From NCBI GenBank assembly GCA_004764695.1, contig SMSO01000004.1:1984001-2048000 (forward strand): a stretch of DNA of 64,000 nucleotides, in the 5' to 3' direction. Below, one piece after another: positions 44,291-57,700 of the stretch. Numbering within the stretch: the stretch's first letter is position 1; each line of letters begins with the position of its first letter. The notes under the pieces were generated by a model. It was not told the origin of the DNA and did no database searches. It was given only the letters and a program-made list of their open reading frames with translations. The position numbers and the translations under genes are program-made. This stretch comes from Schizochytrium sp. TIO01 (lineage: Eukaryota; Protista; Bigyra: Labyrinthulomycetes).

Positions 44291-47200
44291 TGCTGCCTGA
44301 ATGTTCAAATCTTCTCGTCGTGCTTGCTTCTTTCGCGGCAACTCCAGTCGCTCGGCCCGCTCGTGCAGAACCACTCGCGCAGGCCAAGCCGCTAGCCGCC
44401 AGCCCAGGCGGCCTCGCGAGGCAGCGCAGCGAAGGCTCATCCTCCAAGGTCTCGGGATTATTGTTGCCGCGGGCAGGCAGGCAGACAGGCAGGCAGACGT
44501 CCAACGGCCGGACGTAGACGGGCGCGAGCAGGCCGAAGAGGAGCGGCAGGTGGTTTCTTTCCTCTGCGGGCGGCCTTTGGGGCTCGCGTGGCGTCGTGCG
44601 AGAGAATGCGGCGGTCAGGATGACAGCTCGCTCGGACTGAGGAGGGCGCAGCGCCGCTGCTGCTACGCCGTCCGGCATGGTGCTGGAGGTGGGACGCAGG
44701 AAATAACTCCAGGGAACAATGGCCGCCCGCTTGTTGAAGACGAAATGCTCGCTCGCTCGCTCGCTTGCGAGCTGGCCGCCGTGGCTGCGTAGCATGAGGG
44801 AGGCGGGAGCGCAAGGAAGACAAGGCTTGCAGCGCAGGAGCGTGGGTATCTTGGGCCTGAGGCGCGTTGGATTTACGAACGATAGCGATTGAGATCGCCG
44901 GTGGGAGGAAAGTTCGCATCATCTTGTAACAAAACATGATGCATGCACGGGGCAGCATGTGCCACAATCGTCGCTGTCCCCAGCGCCCTCCAGAAGAACG
45001 GAGACCTAGGCACCAGGTAAGCAGCGGCTAGCGAGGCGGTTCTTCAAGCTCGCAAAGAAGAAGCAGAAGAACTTGAAGAAGCTCGACAAGAAGGCGGCTG
45101 GCTTTCAGGAGATCCCGAGATTCTGGCGAGATGAAAAGGGTGGAGGCAATCAATGACTTGCAGAAAGAACGCAGAGCACCTCTTCGTCAAGTTGAACTTG
45201 AAGTTTGAGAGGACGGGAGCTCCGAAGACGACAAACTTGTGAGCGGCGTGTCCGAGGAAGACCGCGACCGAGCAGAAGCGCAGAGATGCTCGGCAGGCAG
45301 CGAGGCACGCACGCTGAGCAGGCGGGCAATGCCAGACATCGGGAAGTTACGCCAGCAGAGCCTCCAGCAGCCCTGATTGTTTCAAGATTTCAAGACCAAG
45401 TTTCATGATGACCGCCGCCTTCGTCATGAATCATGATGATCTCCTGATTGGACCGCGGCAAGAAATTGCTGAAGCCCCCTCGACTTGGGCCAAGCAAGCA
45501 AGCAAGCAGCACACCCGACACCATAACTCTTCGGTTGAGCGCGAACCTCTGGCAATAGCTGATCTTGGACAAGGACTCAAACCCGAAGGAGGCCTGATTT
45601 GGGCTCAACTGAGGAGAGGTAACGCTCGAACCAGTAACAGAAAAAGGTACCTTGGAAAAAAGGTCCTGCTCTGTAAGTATGCAGTATTGCCGCCACTCTC
45701 AATAAGGCCCATCTCCAACAATATAGACAAGACCGTACCACGACACCCCGAGCTCCCTTACTAAGTGCAGGAGTGAGAACAGCGCATCCCACGCGCGTGA
45801 AAACAGCAGCGGCCAGGCAGCCAAATGAGTGGACAAACGAAGGATTGAAGAATCGAACGGATGAATGAGTGAACATTAGATTTATCAGGTACAACTTCAG
45901 GTACTTAGCTACCGACAACTTCTTGAAAGAATGAAACGAGGGATCAAAGAGACGAGGTGCAAGAAAAACTCCGTCAGAAAGAAACGGACGAGGAAATCGC
46001 AGAGCCCAGGCAGCCCGAGCAGAGATGCTGCCCCAGGTCCGCAAGTTACTTCTTGCCCTGCCAAGCAAACAAGCTTGGGCCCCCCGCCAGCGTAGCGAGA
46101 CCCCACGGTAGGCTTTTTTGGAGAAGACCTTCAAGTTGCTATCTGTATAATTAAATAGGAAATTAACTTCTCCAGGACCCTGGCCAGAGGGGGTCAACCT
46201 CGCGACATCGCTTCTGTCCATGGCGATAACATGGCGATGATAATAGACGCTCTCCCCGACAGGAAGGCGGGCAGGAAGACATGGAGTGTATGCATATGCA
46301 TTGTAGAGTTGCTCAATCAAACAAAGGCAACCAAAGAGACCTCGTTCAGGGACGACTTTCTTCCTTCCTTCCTTCCTTCCTTTCCCTCTTTTTTGTTCTT
46401 TTCTCCAAAGTTTTATCATTTATGTTTTTTTTGTTTTTTTTTGGTATTTTTAAAGTTCTCCCAAGTTCACATTTTTTTGTTTTGTTTTTTAATTTTATTT
46501 TTGGCTTTTTTAAACATTCTTTCACCTAAAAAAGTACAAATAGAGGAAAACCTTTTTTTCAAACTTTAATATTAATTGTTTTTTAAGCCAAATAAAAGAA
46601 CACTACATAGAACCTGACATTATTTTTGTTTTCGCCCTAAAATATTGTAGAAAATTGAACGGACTAAGAACGCAAAATCATCCATTGAATGCATGCTTAG
46701 AGAAAAGGATAACATTACACTGGGTTCGTTAAATGTTTAGTCAAGCCAAACTTCTATTTTTGATATATATATGTTTTTTTATAATTAGAAGGACCAAGGT
46801 TTATTTTATTTTCATAAACTTGAAACACTATTTTTTTTTTTTTTAACAGGGAACTCTTTAAGTTGAAAATATCTATTTCATAATTTTATATTTGAAAGAA
46901 AAATGTTCTTAGTAAATATGAACATTCGCAAAAAGGAGGAATCAACCAATTTCTCGCTTCCTACCTACACATAAGTAGAAGCAAGTAGAAAGGATCTCAA
47001 CAGAAGTATAATGTCTGTTGTACTCATCGCTCTGCTTGTTAGATTGACCAGCAGAACAGATGATGACTCAATAAACTTGAAAAATGTGGCTCTTGCGTAA
47101 GCAAATCTTGAGGATGGATCCTTTTCGCCCTTAAAACCACCTCAACAGCCGCGAGAACTTGACACAGTCTGTACCTACCGACCTTGAAGTAGTGCGACCA

Positions 47201-49460
47201 CGGCAGATGACGTCATAGCAACCTGCACGCAGAAAACGAGGAACTGAAGATGAACTTAGTTTTCATTCCCGTTTTTCGATTTTCGAAAGAGGGGCAACGA
47301 AAAGGAAGACCGCAAGGGAGGACGTTTTTCTCGCTTTTCAGTTGAATCTCAAAAACCAGGAAGACGCGCCGCCTCTTTGACACACCTGTGCTTGTGAGCT
47401 TGATGCTATTTAAAATAATGATTGAAATTATTACAAGAATGAGTTATTTCTCTTGCTTCGTGCACGATATACTTACTGGGAGCAGAGGTGTGTACCAGTG
47501 CTGGGGGCCGGGGCGTACACCGGCGCGTAAAAATTCGCTGTCCACAGACGTGGCGTAGTCGCCACTATATAAAATATATGATTTCTAAGAAGGTGGTGGT
47601 GACGAGAAGAAGGAGCAGATGCAGCGATAATTCTTTACACCCAGCCAGATGCCAGAGCTCGAGTATGTTGAAGAATGAACAGCAGATCGTTTGCAGAAGC
47701 CTTCCAAGGATCCAAGGCTAACGAAGATCTATCGAGAATTTGTGGTTCCTAATTCGAAAGATGGATTGGCTCTTGTCTTCAAGGGGCTTAAGCTGAAGCT
47801 GGAAATATTCGAGCTAGCTGTTTTGTCTTCATTTATAAAATTGGTTTTCTTCTACTTTGATGAATAAAGAGAAGACGCCAGCTTGCTATAGCTGATCATG
47901 AACTATGATGATGCCATGAATCTAATTGCGCACAATGATGGTTACATTAATTTCTTTTGCATGTCTTTATGACTATACTGGAATGAGTGCATGAATGAAA
48001 TGGCGGCGAGACTCGCAAGTTAAACTCTCTAAGAGCCCATCAACCGAATGAAGTGGTTAGACTCATTCTATAAATTGTTAGCAAGGTAGACATGTGGCTT
48101 AATCCATCAAGCACGTGGGTGTTTCATCATCATGAAGTACGTTTCGTTCTCCTTTAGATAATGATACATACTGGAAAAAAACATCATGATCAGGAGATTC
48201 TCAAAGATGTTAATAAAAGGAAGCTTTTACTGGTTGAATTTTGAGAAGTTGTATTATGCTAGCTCTTACTTTGATGTATGGCTTAATGATTAGCTTAAGC
48301 TGGCTGATTTGACAACGCCACCTTTCGTGAAAATTCTCTTTTAAAAGGAAATTTTTGTTCTTCTCTGCTTCATCTATTTTTATATTTTATTTTCTATCAG
48401 AATTGTACTACACTTCAGGCACATAGATAAATGATCAATGAACGGCGGTGGTTGTACTTCATACAGGTAAGTTTTCTGTGGAGGACAATCTAACGAAATC
48501 AACCTTCTTCTTTTGATAAAAATGCAAAAATTAATTTAGAAGGTATTCATTCTCCAGTGAAATACTTCTAGAGTAAATAATTGAAGATCGTCGCCTTGTG
48601 GCAATTCTTCGCAAGAGTGTCATACTCACATTTAAAGGGTACAGCTTTCTGGCACATTAACCTGCGTTATATTGCTAGAATGGCCTTTCAGCCAGCACAA
48701 GCCATTCAATTGCTATGCTCTCCACTCTTTGAACCTCTAAATTCACACCGGCTTAGTGTACAAATGGCGGCTAGTACTTACTCTTTAAAGTGCCAAGAAC
48801 TTTTTTGGTGTAAGGAGCTGATCGTTGGTATCGTAGTTAAGTACCTACCTAGCTAGTCGTCTGAAAAAAGAAAAGAAAGAAATAACAACAACTCGCATCA
48901 TTGAATGACATAATTTGCGTCAACAAACGAAACGAGATATATACACATAGTATTTGAGAATTTCATAGAACTATGTAGGACTGCACGCGCTGCGTCACTC
49001 GAAGGCATGATATACAAACGTGTTAGTAAATCCTCCCAGGATAAAGGATAAAGGATAAAACATAAACATAAACTTCTAGGGTGGTTAACTTCAAGAACTC
49101 GCAAGCAAAATCCGGCCTCTTGAGGCGCAGCCACGCCAGCTCGCCCACCTGGGACACGGATTTGTCGGGACGCCACCAGTCTGATCGCTGAGCCCAATCG
49201 ATTGGCAGTGGAGGCGTTCTCTGTAAAGAAATGTAATCAATCATCCTCGATCGAGCGAGCTTGGCGAGCGAGTGAGAGTGTTCAATGAGTGAGCGAATGA
49301 GTGAATAAGTGAGTGACGGAAACGATTCGACATGATGAAATTTAAAGTGGAACAATAAAAGTCATTGGAAGTTTATTAGTTTACATCATTTTCTTGAAAC
49401 AAAATAGTTCCATTGAGAAGCGCGGCGTTGCAACACTTTTTTTTTCTTGATCTTTTTTTT

Positions 49461-49484
49461 CACCAAGTTGGGTGCAACTTGGTG
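49461..49484. other. Perfect inverted repeat (10-bp stem, 4-nt loop)
   Basis: caccaagttg-ggtg-caacttggtg, immediately after a T-tract. Confidence 0.75.
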
Positions 49485-52400
49485 GACTCCATCCCAATTT
49501 TCGAACGAACGGCATAAGTCTGTTTCTTTCCGAAGCAATAACTTTGCAGAGTTTGCATATTCAAAAGAGCAACACGGCCAGAATCACATTCTTAGCTACT
49601 GGTGACATGCTTTTATTATCTCGGGTGGTTGGTGGTCCTCTCCTCTTCGGTTTCATGACAGGAACATACCTACTTACTTCTAGAGTATTAAAATGGCAAA
49701 TGAAACTATTGGGAACGAGCCATGGTTGTGTTGGTAGAGAGACCCGTGCACTATTGTTCAAGTTTTTATATTTGTCCTTGGCATTATTGGGCTCCAAGTT
49801 GTTAGTAAGTAAAGCTTGTTCTATGAGGCTAATTACTCAACATCTAACTCTTACACTGAAGTTGATATACATAGCACCTGCAGGTGACAACATATTGTGC
49901 AAATAACAAAAGTGCTGCGAATTCAATCACATTTTCACACGTTTTTATGAAAACTGAATGCCATTCGCTATAGTTATTGATAGCTTTACCGTAATCTCTA
50001 ATGGCTACTGCTGTTTGTGTGTTGGAGCATCTCTGGCGGCATTTAAGTTGATTCCTGAGACTAGAGGAACTTGAAAGGCTTGTGCTGCTCAAACTTGCAC
50101 GAGTGAGGAGAGAAAACGACACGAGCCGGGCAGCGCTCCAGATAATTTGCGCGGGAAGGGAACAGCCATTCTTATGAGGAACACCGTGCAATTAGAGAAA
50201 GAGAGTCCGCTAGGAACCCGTAGCAGTGTTTATGCCTATATATTTATTGTACACTGCTCTATCTGTTTTTCTCTTCTCTATTTCAGGTGATATAACAATA
50301 TATGGAAAGAAGCAAACGAAAAGACCACTACGCAATGTGAACAGCAGCCTCTAGGACAGCTGGAAAGCCGCTGCCAAGCCAGCAAAGACCAGCGCAGCCT
50401 TTGTCCAGCCCCGCTCGCTTTCACAAAAAAAGCAACCTGTTTTTTTTTTTAATTTGGTGGTAGCGCACGTACAGCCTAAATACCACTAACTCTTATTGCA
50501 CAAAAGTTCTTACTACACCCAATCCTGAAAACTTAAGAGCTGAAGTGGAAGAATGTTTTATTGTTTGATTTGTTTTGTTTTATTTTTGTTTCTGCAAGTG
50601 CTTTTTTTTATCTTTCATTTTTACCTTTCCTTTGAAAAGAGCTTCTCTACGAGATATTTGAGATACGTAAATGTCTAAATGAAAGAGAAGTAAAGGTTGC
50701 GTGCCCCCCAAGATTTACTTCTCAAATTTATGCATGTATGATTTTACCTTCTTTTCGTTCCCTGGTCAGAGACACGGTTTCTGCAGCAGTGGGGATTAAA
50801 TTGTAATAGGTTTAGACTAAATTATCTTAACCGATGTCTTTATTTCTATTTTTTATATATATATATATATTATGTTTTTTCATTTTTACACAGGTCTTCG
50901 AGGTGATAAACGTAATGCTCGTCAAACCCGGCAAGCTTGTTTGCAAGCTGATGAGCCCACCTTCTCACTACTCAACAGCGCCTAGGAATGGACAAGCACC
51001 TCCGCACACTGGCGAGAAAGCGGCTTTTGACAAAATAGGAGCCGCCACCTTCGAGTCCAGCCAGCCGCGCGTGCCGCGATGTGTGCACGTGAACAAGCGA
51101 GCAGGGTCACATGCCTACCTTTATATAACCAATAGTGTTTACAAGCAAACCAGTAGTAATTTTCATTGATGATTATTCTTTGTTCTTATTCTATATTACA
51201 ATCATCATTTCTTCACCTGGAAGCAGAACTTTATGCTTCTTCTACCTAGAGTACTACTGCCATATGATTTAAAAAAGTTGCGTACGCCCAGGGTGAGTTT
51301 GAAGAGCGAGAACACCATCTGCTAATATCATTTTTTCAGGAGTATGTGTTGATTCCTTCATTCTAAATGACCATCACGGTCAGCATGATAACAAAGTAGG
51401 GTCAGCGATTCTGAAACTCGGATCTTTTTGCTAATACTTACTAAGCTGAGTCGTGACAACTTTTATTTAGCACGTGTAATTTGAAAAGACAGCAATGTGG
51501 ACCGCCACTCTAATGTTCTGGCCGCCATCATGAAGTACATGAGATTTTAGGGTGTGTGCTGAAAGATCACCCATCCCAGTTTTGCTACGGACGAGCCAAG
51601 AACCAGGTCTTCCTTGGTATGTTGATAAAAACTAACGCGTAGTACTCTCCATAGTAGGGATCGAGTAGAGATTCGGTTTCTTTGCAAAAAAATCAAGAGA
51701 TGAGAATCCTGCGTTTCATCAGATCAAATCTGTTCGATGATATAAAAATTAATCTGAACTTGTCTTGTGTTGCAATTCTTTGCGGGGTTACATGTATATA
51801 GTGTGGTTCTATTTTTTAATATTCAAGATCGAAACAAATGCAGTATTGTTGAGTTTGCTTTCGGAGGCGGCTCTCACATGAAACATATATAATGCTCGCT
51901 CGCACTAAATGTGTTTAATTCATCAAAAACCCTTGAATGAAAGTATAGCAAAATAACAAGCCTAACCAAAACGACTTTAATTTTATTGTCCGAAATGGGT
52001 GCTTGAGCAACGTGATTGAATAAACAGATCCTTGGTGTGCGAATGATGATTGCAATTATGCTGTACTTACTACCATGTTTCACCGCGTCATCATAAACTA
52101 TAAGGATTTGAAGAGGGAGTGATGGGGGGGCGGGGGGCTGCAGAAAGTGTAATTAGTTCATTGACACTCAGGTAAAACTTTCATGGGGTCCCTAGAAGAA
52201 TTGCATATACAGCTAGAAAGCTGGCCTCTTGAATTTGCGAACCAAAACCTCTTATAAGATAATTTACTGATTAACAAATGAATGTGGTGTATGTTACTTA
52301 ACTTTTTTTAACGAACAATTTTGGAAAGGGATTTTCAAACAAAGTGTTGCTGACACGAAACTGAAAGAACTAGCAGCACAAAAGAAAGATCCATTCGATT

Positions 52401-54778
52401 CAAAAAAGAGAAGCATCCAGTGATATCATTAAAATTCAAAGAACGTTTTCATCCATGTTGTGCTAAGAGATAAGCTAGCTAGCCGGAGAAACAAGCTAGC
52501 TACAAGTGCAGACTCGTATGCGTGCCTCAACTGATAATATACGTGAAAGAGACTGCATTGTATTCGTTATTAGAGGTTGAATTTCAGGTGGAGGAGTCCG
52601 TAGATATGATTTTTCACTGTTGTTGCTACTTCTAATTCGCTCCGGATTAGTGTTTACTCAAAATTAGTTTAAACACATTTTTTTCCCTACTCTCGACTCG
52701 CCTCTCCACCCCTCAAGAAGAAGAAAAAAGTAATTAAAAATGGAAAGGTGTAAGCAATATTACTACTTTCCCTGTTGTGGCCAAAGATTGAAATTTACGA
52801 CTCGGTTTTACCATCAAGATAATTTGAATAACATGAATATCACTGATAACACATGTTGTGATCCTTGATATGTAATATATTGTACTTGATCATAGTCACA
52901 TGTTACAAGTATTGCCAGAACTTCCTAGCCTTATCGCTTCGATTTCTCAACGGGATTTCAGAAACGATTAAAAGATCCTCTTGATAACGACATAATCCTA
53001 AATAAAACTAGCTTTCTTGATGCATCAAATTTTTTTAAGAGCACATAGCTAGTTTTTGTCTCACAAATGTTTGCATCTCTACTCCGTTGTGCTTGCTTCC
53101 ACTCGAGCAAAATCCTACATCATAGCTTTACACACACGCAAGAGAGAGCTGAGTCGCTAGACAACGTTCACCATAAATTACAGCGTCTACTTCTAACGAT
53201 GCTCTATGTTTACAGCAAGTAGCAAGTGACAAAGGTTTCAAACACACACCCTCGTTTACGTACAACGAAATCATCATCAGGACTAAATTTCAAATCTGTA
53301 CGCTTTTCTATCTTATAATCATGATTGCATGTAGAATCATTCGCTGGGATTTCCTATCAAAGATTCATGTGGACGAAACATTGACAGATTTCTTGGCGTA
53401 CCATTGTAAGTCTTCAAAGGCTAAAAACCAATATAGAATTAAAACTAGACAGTCAAACACGTGATTGTTAATCCAAAGAAGTCCAGAGCTGAGAGTGGAC
53501 ATATATACTCGTCATCTAGGTATCACGAAATCTGAAGTGAAATTTTAAAAGACAAGTTAGCCTGACCTCTTCGATTTTGTCCAGTACATATCGAGTCTGT
53601 CTTGTCTCAGATTTGTGACATGAGTTGGTCTGCCTTGGAATCGAACTTACACTTTATCAGCAATGAGTGTGTTGAACTTCTGGTATTTAGGAAGGTCATA
53701 AAAGCCTGATCTAGTCAGCTAGAGGTTGGCTATGAAGATGAAGACAAAATACTTGGAGACGGTTTGTTACGCTTTTGAAGTTTTAGAGTTCGCGACCTTC
53801 TGACCTTGAAGATCATGGCTCAATCATTTCAGCTCCAGCCATTATCTTTTAGAAACATATTTAGAAACTAGCCGAGCTGTAATTAGTGATACGCAAATTC
53901 GGCTATTCTTTTCTTTAAACTGTCTCTCGACCATTCCTTCAGTAAGTAGTGGGGAAAACCTTTGTTACGTTTGTGGTGCAGGATACTCTCGCAACTTTGT
54001 GAGAATAATCCAACGTTCGAAATGGCGTCGTGTCAATCTTCCTCTCAATAAAGTAACACTATACAAGTAAACTTCGAATTCATCCGAATAAGGATAATAA
54101 ACGAGATCAAAGAAGATAAATGCGGATCATCATTGCTCTCTCCGCGTTCTCTTATTTATTCCCCATTACTCTATTATTTTGTATTGACAGAGTAAGACTT
54201 TTACAAAGTTTAGTGCTTCTGTGTAAGAAATTGCCTTGAAAGATTGGTATTCTTCCAATTGGGAATTTTGTTCGCAACGTCTTCAATGCATCTACTCTGG
54301 TCTGATACATGCTAGTTTTCGTCGTATCAAGTAGAACCGCAGTATGTCAACATGTCAATTCTGCGCATCTCAAACATGAACCAGTGGGGTTTTCCCAGCT
54401 TTCTCATCCCAACAGAGCAAACGAACGATTCAAACTCTCGCCATCCCCAGCTTCAAGTACCACCGTACAATATCCATCTGCGAAATACCTTCACGGTCAA
54501 ATCCAGCCTCCAGGCATACATGTGCTAAAGTCGTGCAATCTCCTCGAGGAACTCTGAAAATAGTTGACGAGGAACCAGGAGAACACGATCCTTTTTCTTT
54601 CTTTTTTCGTTTTCTGACATACTTTGTATAATAATATGCGTTCTGCATAGAGTTCGCCCCTTTAGAGTTCGAACTCGAAAAGGAAGAGAAAAATCGACGA
54701 AATCCTGAGAGCATTCGATTCTTTCGCAGAGCTCGCAATAGCGGCAACAGTTCACGATTGGCGGTGGATGTGGCGAGG

Positions 54779-57700
54779 ATGCTGGCTCGGCTGGTAGCGG
54801 AGGCAGCCAGTCGATACCTGGAGGATGTCCAACACGAGAGCGTGCGTGTGAGTTTCTCGAACGGTGTCTGCGTGGTGCGACAAGGAGGCATTCGAGCGTC
54901 GGCATGGCGGCGACTTGGGCTCCCGTTCGAGGTGCGAAGTGCGAGGTTTGAGGAGCTTCGCATTCAGATTGGCTGGAGCTGGAGAGGGCTCGAGACCGCA
55001 GCTAGTGTCCACGTGGATGGCCTCCATGTGGAGGCAACGGCCTTCGAAAATGCACAGGATGCAAAATTAGCCGCTCTCGCAATGAAACGAAGCCAGGCGG
55101 ACCGCGCGGAAGCAGCCAATGCAGAAGCGAGAGCACAGCAGGCATGGGCTGCAAGAGTTCTCACAAGGATCCTTGACAATGCTTCTGTTACAGTGACCAA
55201 CCTTCGCGTGGAGCTTATTGATGAGATCAGAAACCCTATTCAAGGAAACGCTGCCGCATTGGTGCTACGAATATGTAAAATTAGACTCAAATCTTCTTCA
55301 ACGCCACCTTCGCTAGAATCTTCAAAAGCAAAGTCTGCCGTTGGTCACACAGATAATGCAAGGAAAAATCAAGATCCACACCAGGATCAAGACCAGAGGC
55401 ACCAATCCATGAAGAAGGATTCGCCCAAGAAGAAAAAAACGAAGGGAAAATCTAGAGATCAAGATAGTGGAGCCAAATATACCAATGACAGCAAAGAAGA
55501 AAAAACATCACCACTAGCTCATAAGATTGTAGAAGTGCAAGGGCTTATGCTAGGTTTGAGACAGGAAGGCGAGGAAGATGAATGTATTATGAAGATGAAC
55601 GAAGCAGAGGCTGCAGTGCACGTAGATGCGACGGCAACTCATCCAAAGACGGGAGCACCGAGCATTCTCATGACGCTTGGATGCAACTCAGGAATACATG
55701 CACCGCAGCTGACCACGGAAATGCTAGAAATACTTGTACGCATTTCGCAGCGCTGGGCAGCATTTAGTGCAGGTGATTACAAAAGTGCAATTCGCCAACC
55801 AATTGGCGACACAACAGTATTTGGTGCTACGAGTCATCAAGAGTTTAGTGCAACGCAAGATTCTGAAGATGCGCTTAAGCGAAATCTGTTAGCTCAAGAA
55901 CAGAACCCACGAGCACGTTGGCAGGGAGCATTCGGCCAGATAAGACGCATCATGCGCCAGCATAAAAGATGGCACTCCGAAGACCCAAAAGACCGTATCA
56001 TTAGAGATCGGCGAGTCGAAATTTACACCTGTGCCCTTGTTCACGGTGTAACGCAGGGACCTTGGATGGATCTTTTTGTTTTAGAATGTCCTTCTGATGT
56101 CCTCATCAAAGCTCACTTAAACGCACGTCAGCGGCAACGAGAGGAACGCATTCGCCAACAACAGAAAGAACGCGAGGAAAAGGAGAAAAGACAGCTTCAG
56201 GACACCTCCAGAGCTGACACCGCAAACAGCTGGGCCTCTTGGCTACGGTCCCTGCTTCCTGATGATAGTGAAGATACGCAGGAAGCCGACCGCCTTAATC
56301 AAGAACGTTCTCGGGCCCAAAATCTCTACAGATTTTGGGTGACTTTTACCGCAGTACAAGTCCGCGCTGACTTGGTTGATGATTACGGGTTTCCGATTTG
56401 TTCTCTGCGGGGTTCGCCATCCATGGTGGTTCGTGAAGACTCGGAAGTTGTCCGTGTGAACGCAGCAGTCGAAGACCTACGGTTTATTGTGAAGGAACAG
56501 GATATTCTCCATGTACTTCACGGTGGATCAACAACGAAGCTTCCAGGAAGGTTCAGTGGGGACGAGGTCCTGCAGCAACGCTTTTACGAGGCTACTGATG
56601 ACAGTCAAGAAAGCCGACCAGCCATGCACAGTGAAAGAAGAGGAAACCCTCCAAATGAGTATGAGCACAACGAAAATCCACAAGATAACGAACAGCAGTT
56701 GAGTGTGGGTAATAGCCACCATCAACAAGAAGAAGAAAATTTTAAAGTCGAGAGCGCGGCTAGACGTTTGAATAGCGATGAGAGCGAAGATGATGACGAT
56801 GATCTGGACGTCGATGAATTTCACGATGCGGCATCGGAGCAGGATGACAATGAGGATGATGAGGACTATTCCGGTGAAGATGACGAGAGCCGACACCTGT
56901 ATGCGCATGAAACGATGGCTTCGAATCTAGTGAACCACGTTCGTCTTAAAGAGCAGCATATTAGTTTGCAAAGATCCAAATCTGATGAGATTTTAATGGG
57001 GCATGCTCCCTTGAGAGTAATGATGAAAAGGGAATTGATCGCGACTGACGATGCGCCTGGACATCTAGATTCGCAACCAACAAGTATTACTGTAGTGGTA
57101 GAACCTACAGAAATCGATTGGGCACCTAAAGCCTTTCAAGCTCTTGCAAACTTTGTTAAAAGCACTTCGCATGCCATTAATGTTATACAAGATGCGGGCG
57201 CAGGTTTTCTCGTGAAGTCACTAAGGAATAAAACACAACTACGTGTACGCTTCGGTGCCCCACGGATTCGTTTTGACCAGGACACTATTTTATCTCTCGG
57301 CGCCCTTTTAATTAACACAAAGCAAATGGGACCACCTGTAGCAGAAGATCATACCCCTGCTACTGATTCCCCGGCTGAGATCGGGGTCTCACTAAGTTTC
57401 GAAGGCACAAAGCTCATCCGCAAAGGTCGACCAGTCATTGGGCCTATTAACATTACAGGGAACCTATTTATAGTGAATAAGACGGAACACAAGCTTGACC
57501 TTTGTATCTCATCTGGCGAGACCCACCATGACACAGTTCCGTCTACATTAGATGATTCTAACTCTCGTCAAACGCAAAAGCCGTCAGCTACAATTGATGA
57601 AGATTTATGCAAATTTATTGCAGCACGATTACGGGATGTCCAAGACCAGTCGCTGCAGCCCCTGGGAAATACACGTCACCTCAACGTGGGCCATGATAGT

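Noticed and set aside
45577-46419. 280-aa minus-strand ORF
   Set aside because: Starts in an SSR/AT-rich tract, has antisense-like composition and no recognisable domain.
47469-47520. atacttactggg, resembling the U1 snRNA 5' end
   Set aside because: Lacks ACTTACCTG, the U1 loop motifs and an Sm site.
5176-53463. Scattered CACGTG (E-box/G-box) sites
   Set aside because: The number seen is about what a 6-mer gives by chance in 64 kb.
54309-54778. Possible upstream coding exon for VPS13 (acceptor-like tag at 54650, open frame from 54635)
   Set aside because: Chorein_N normally sits at the extreme N-terminus and ATG 54779 fits that; no convincing upstream exon.
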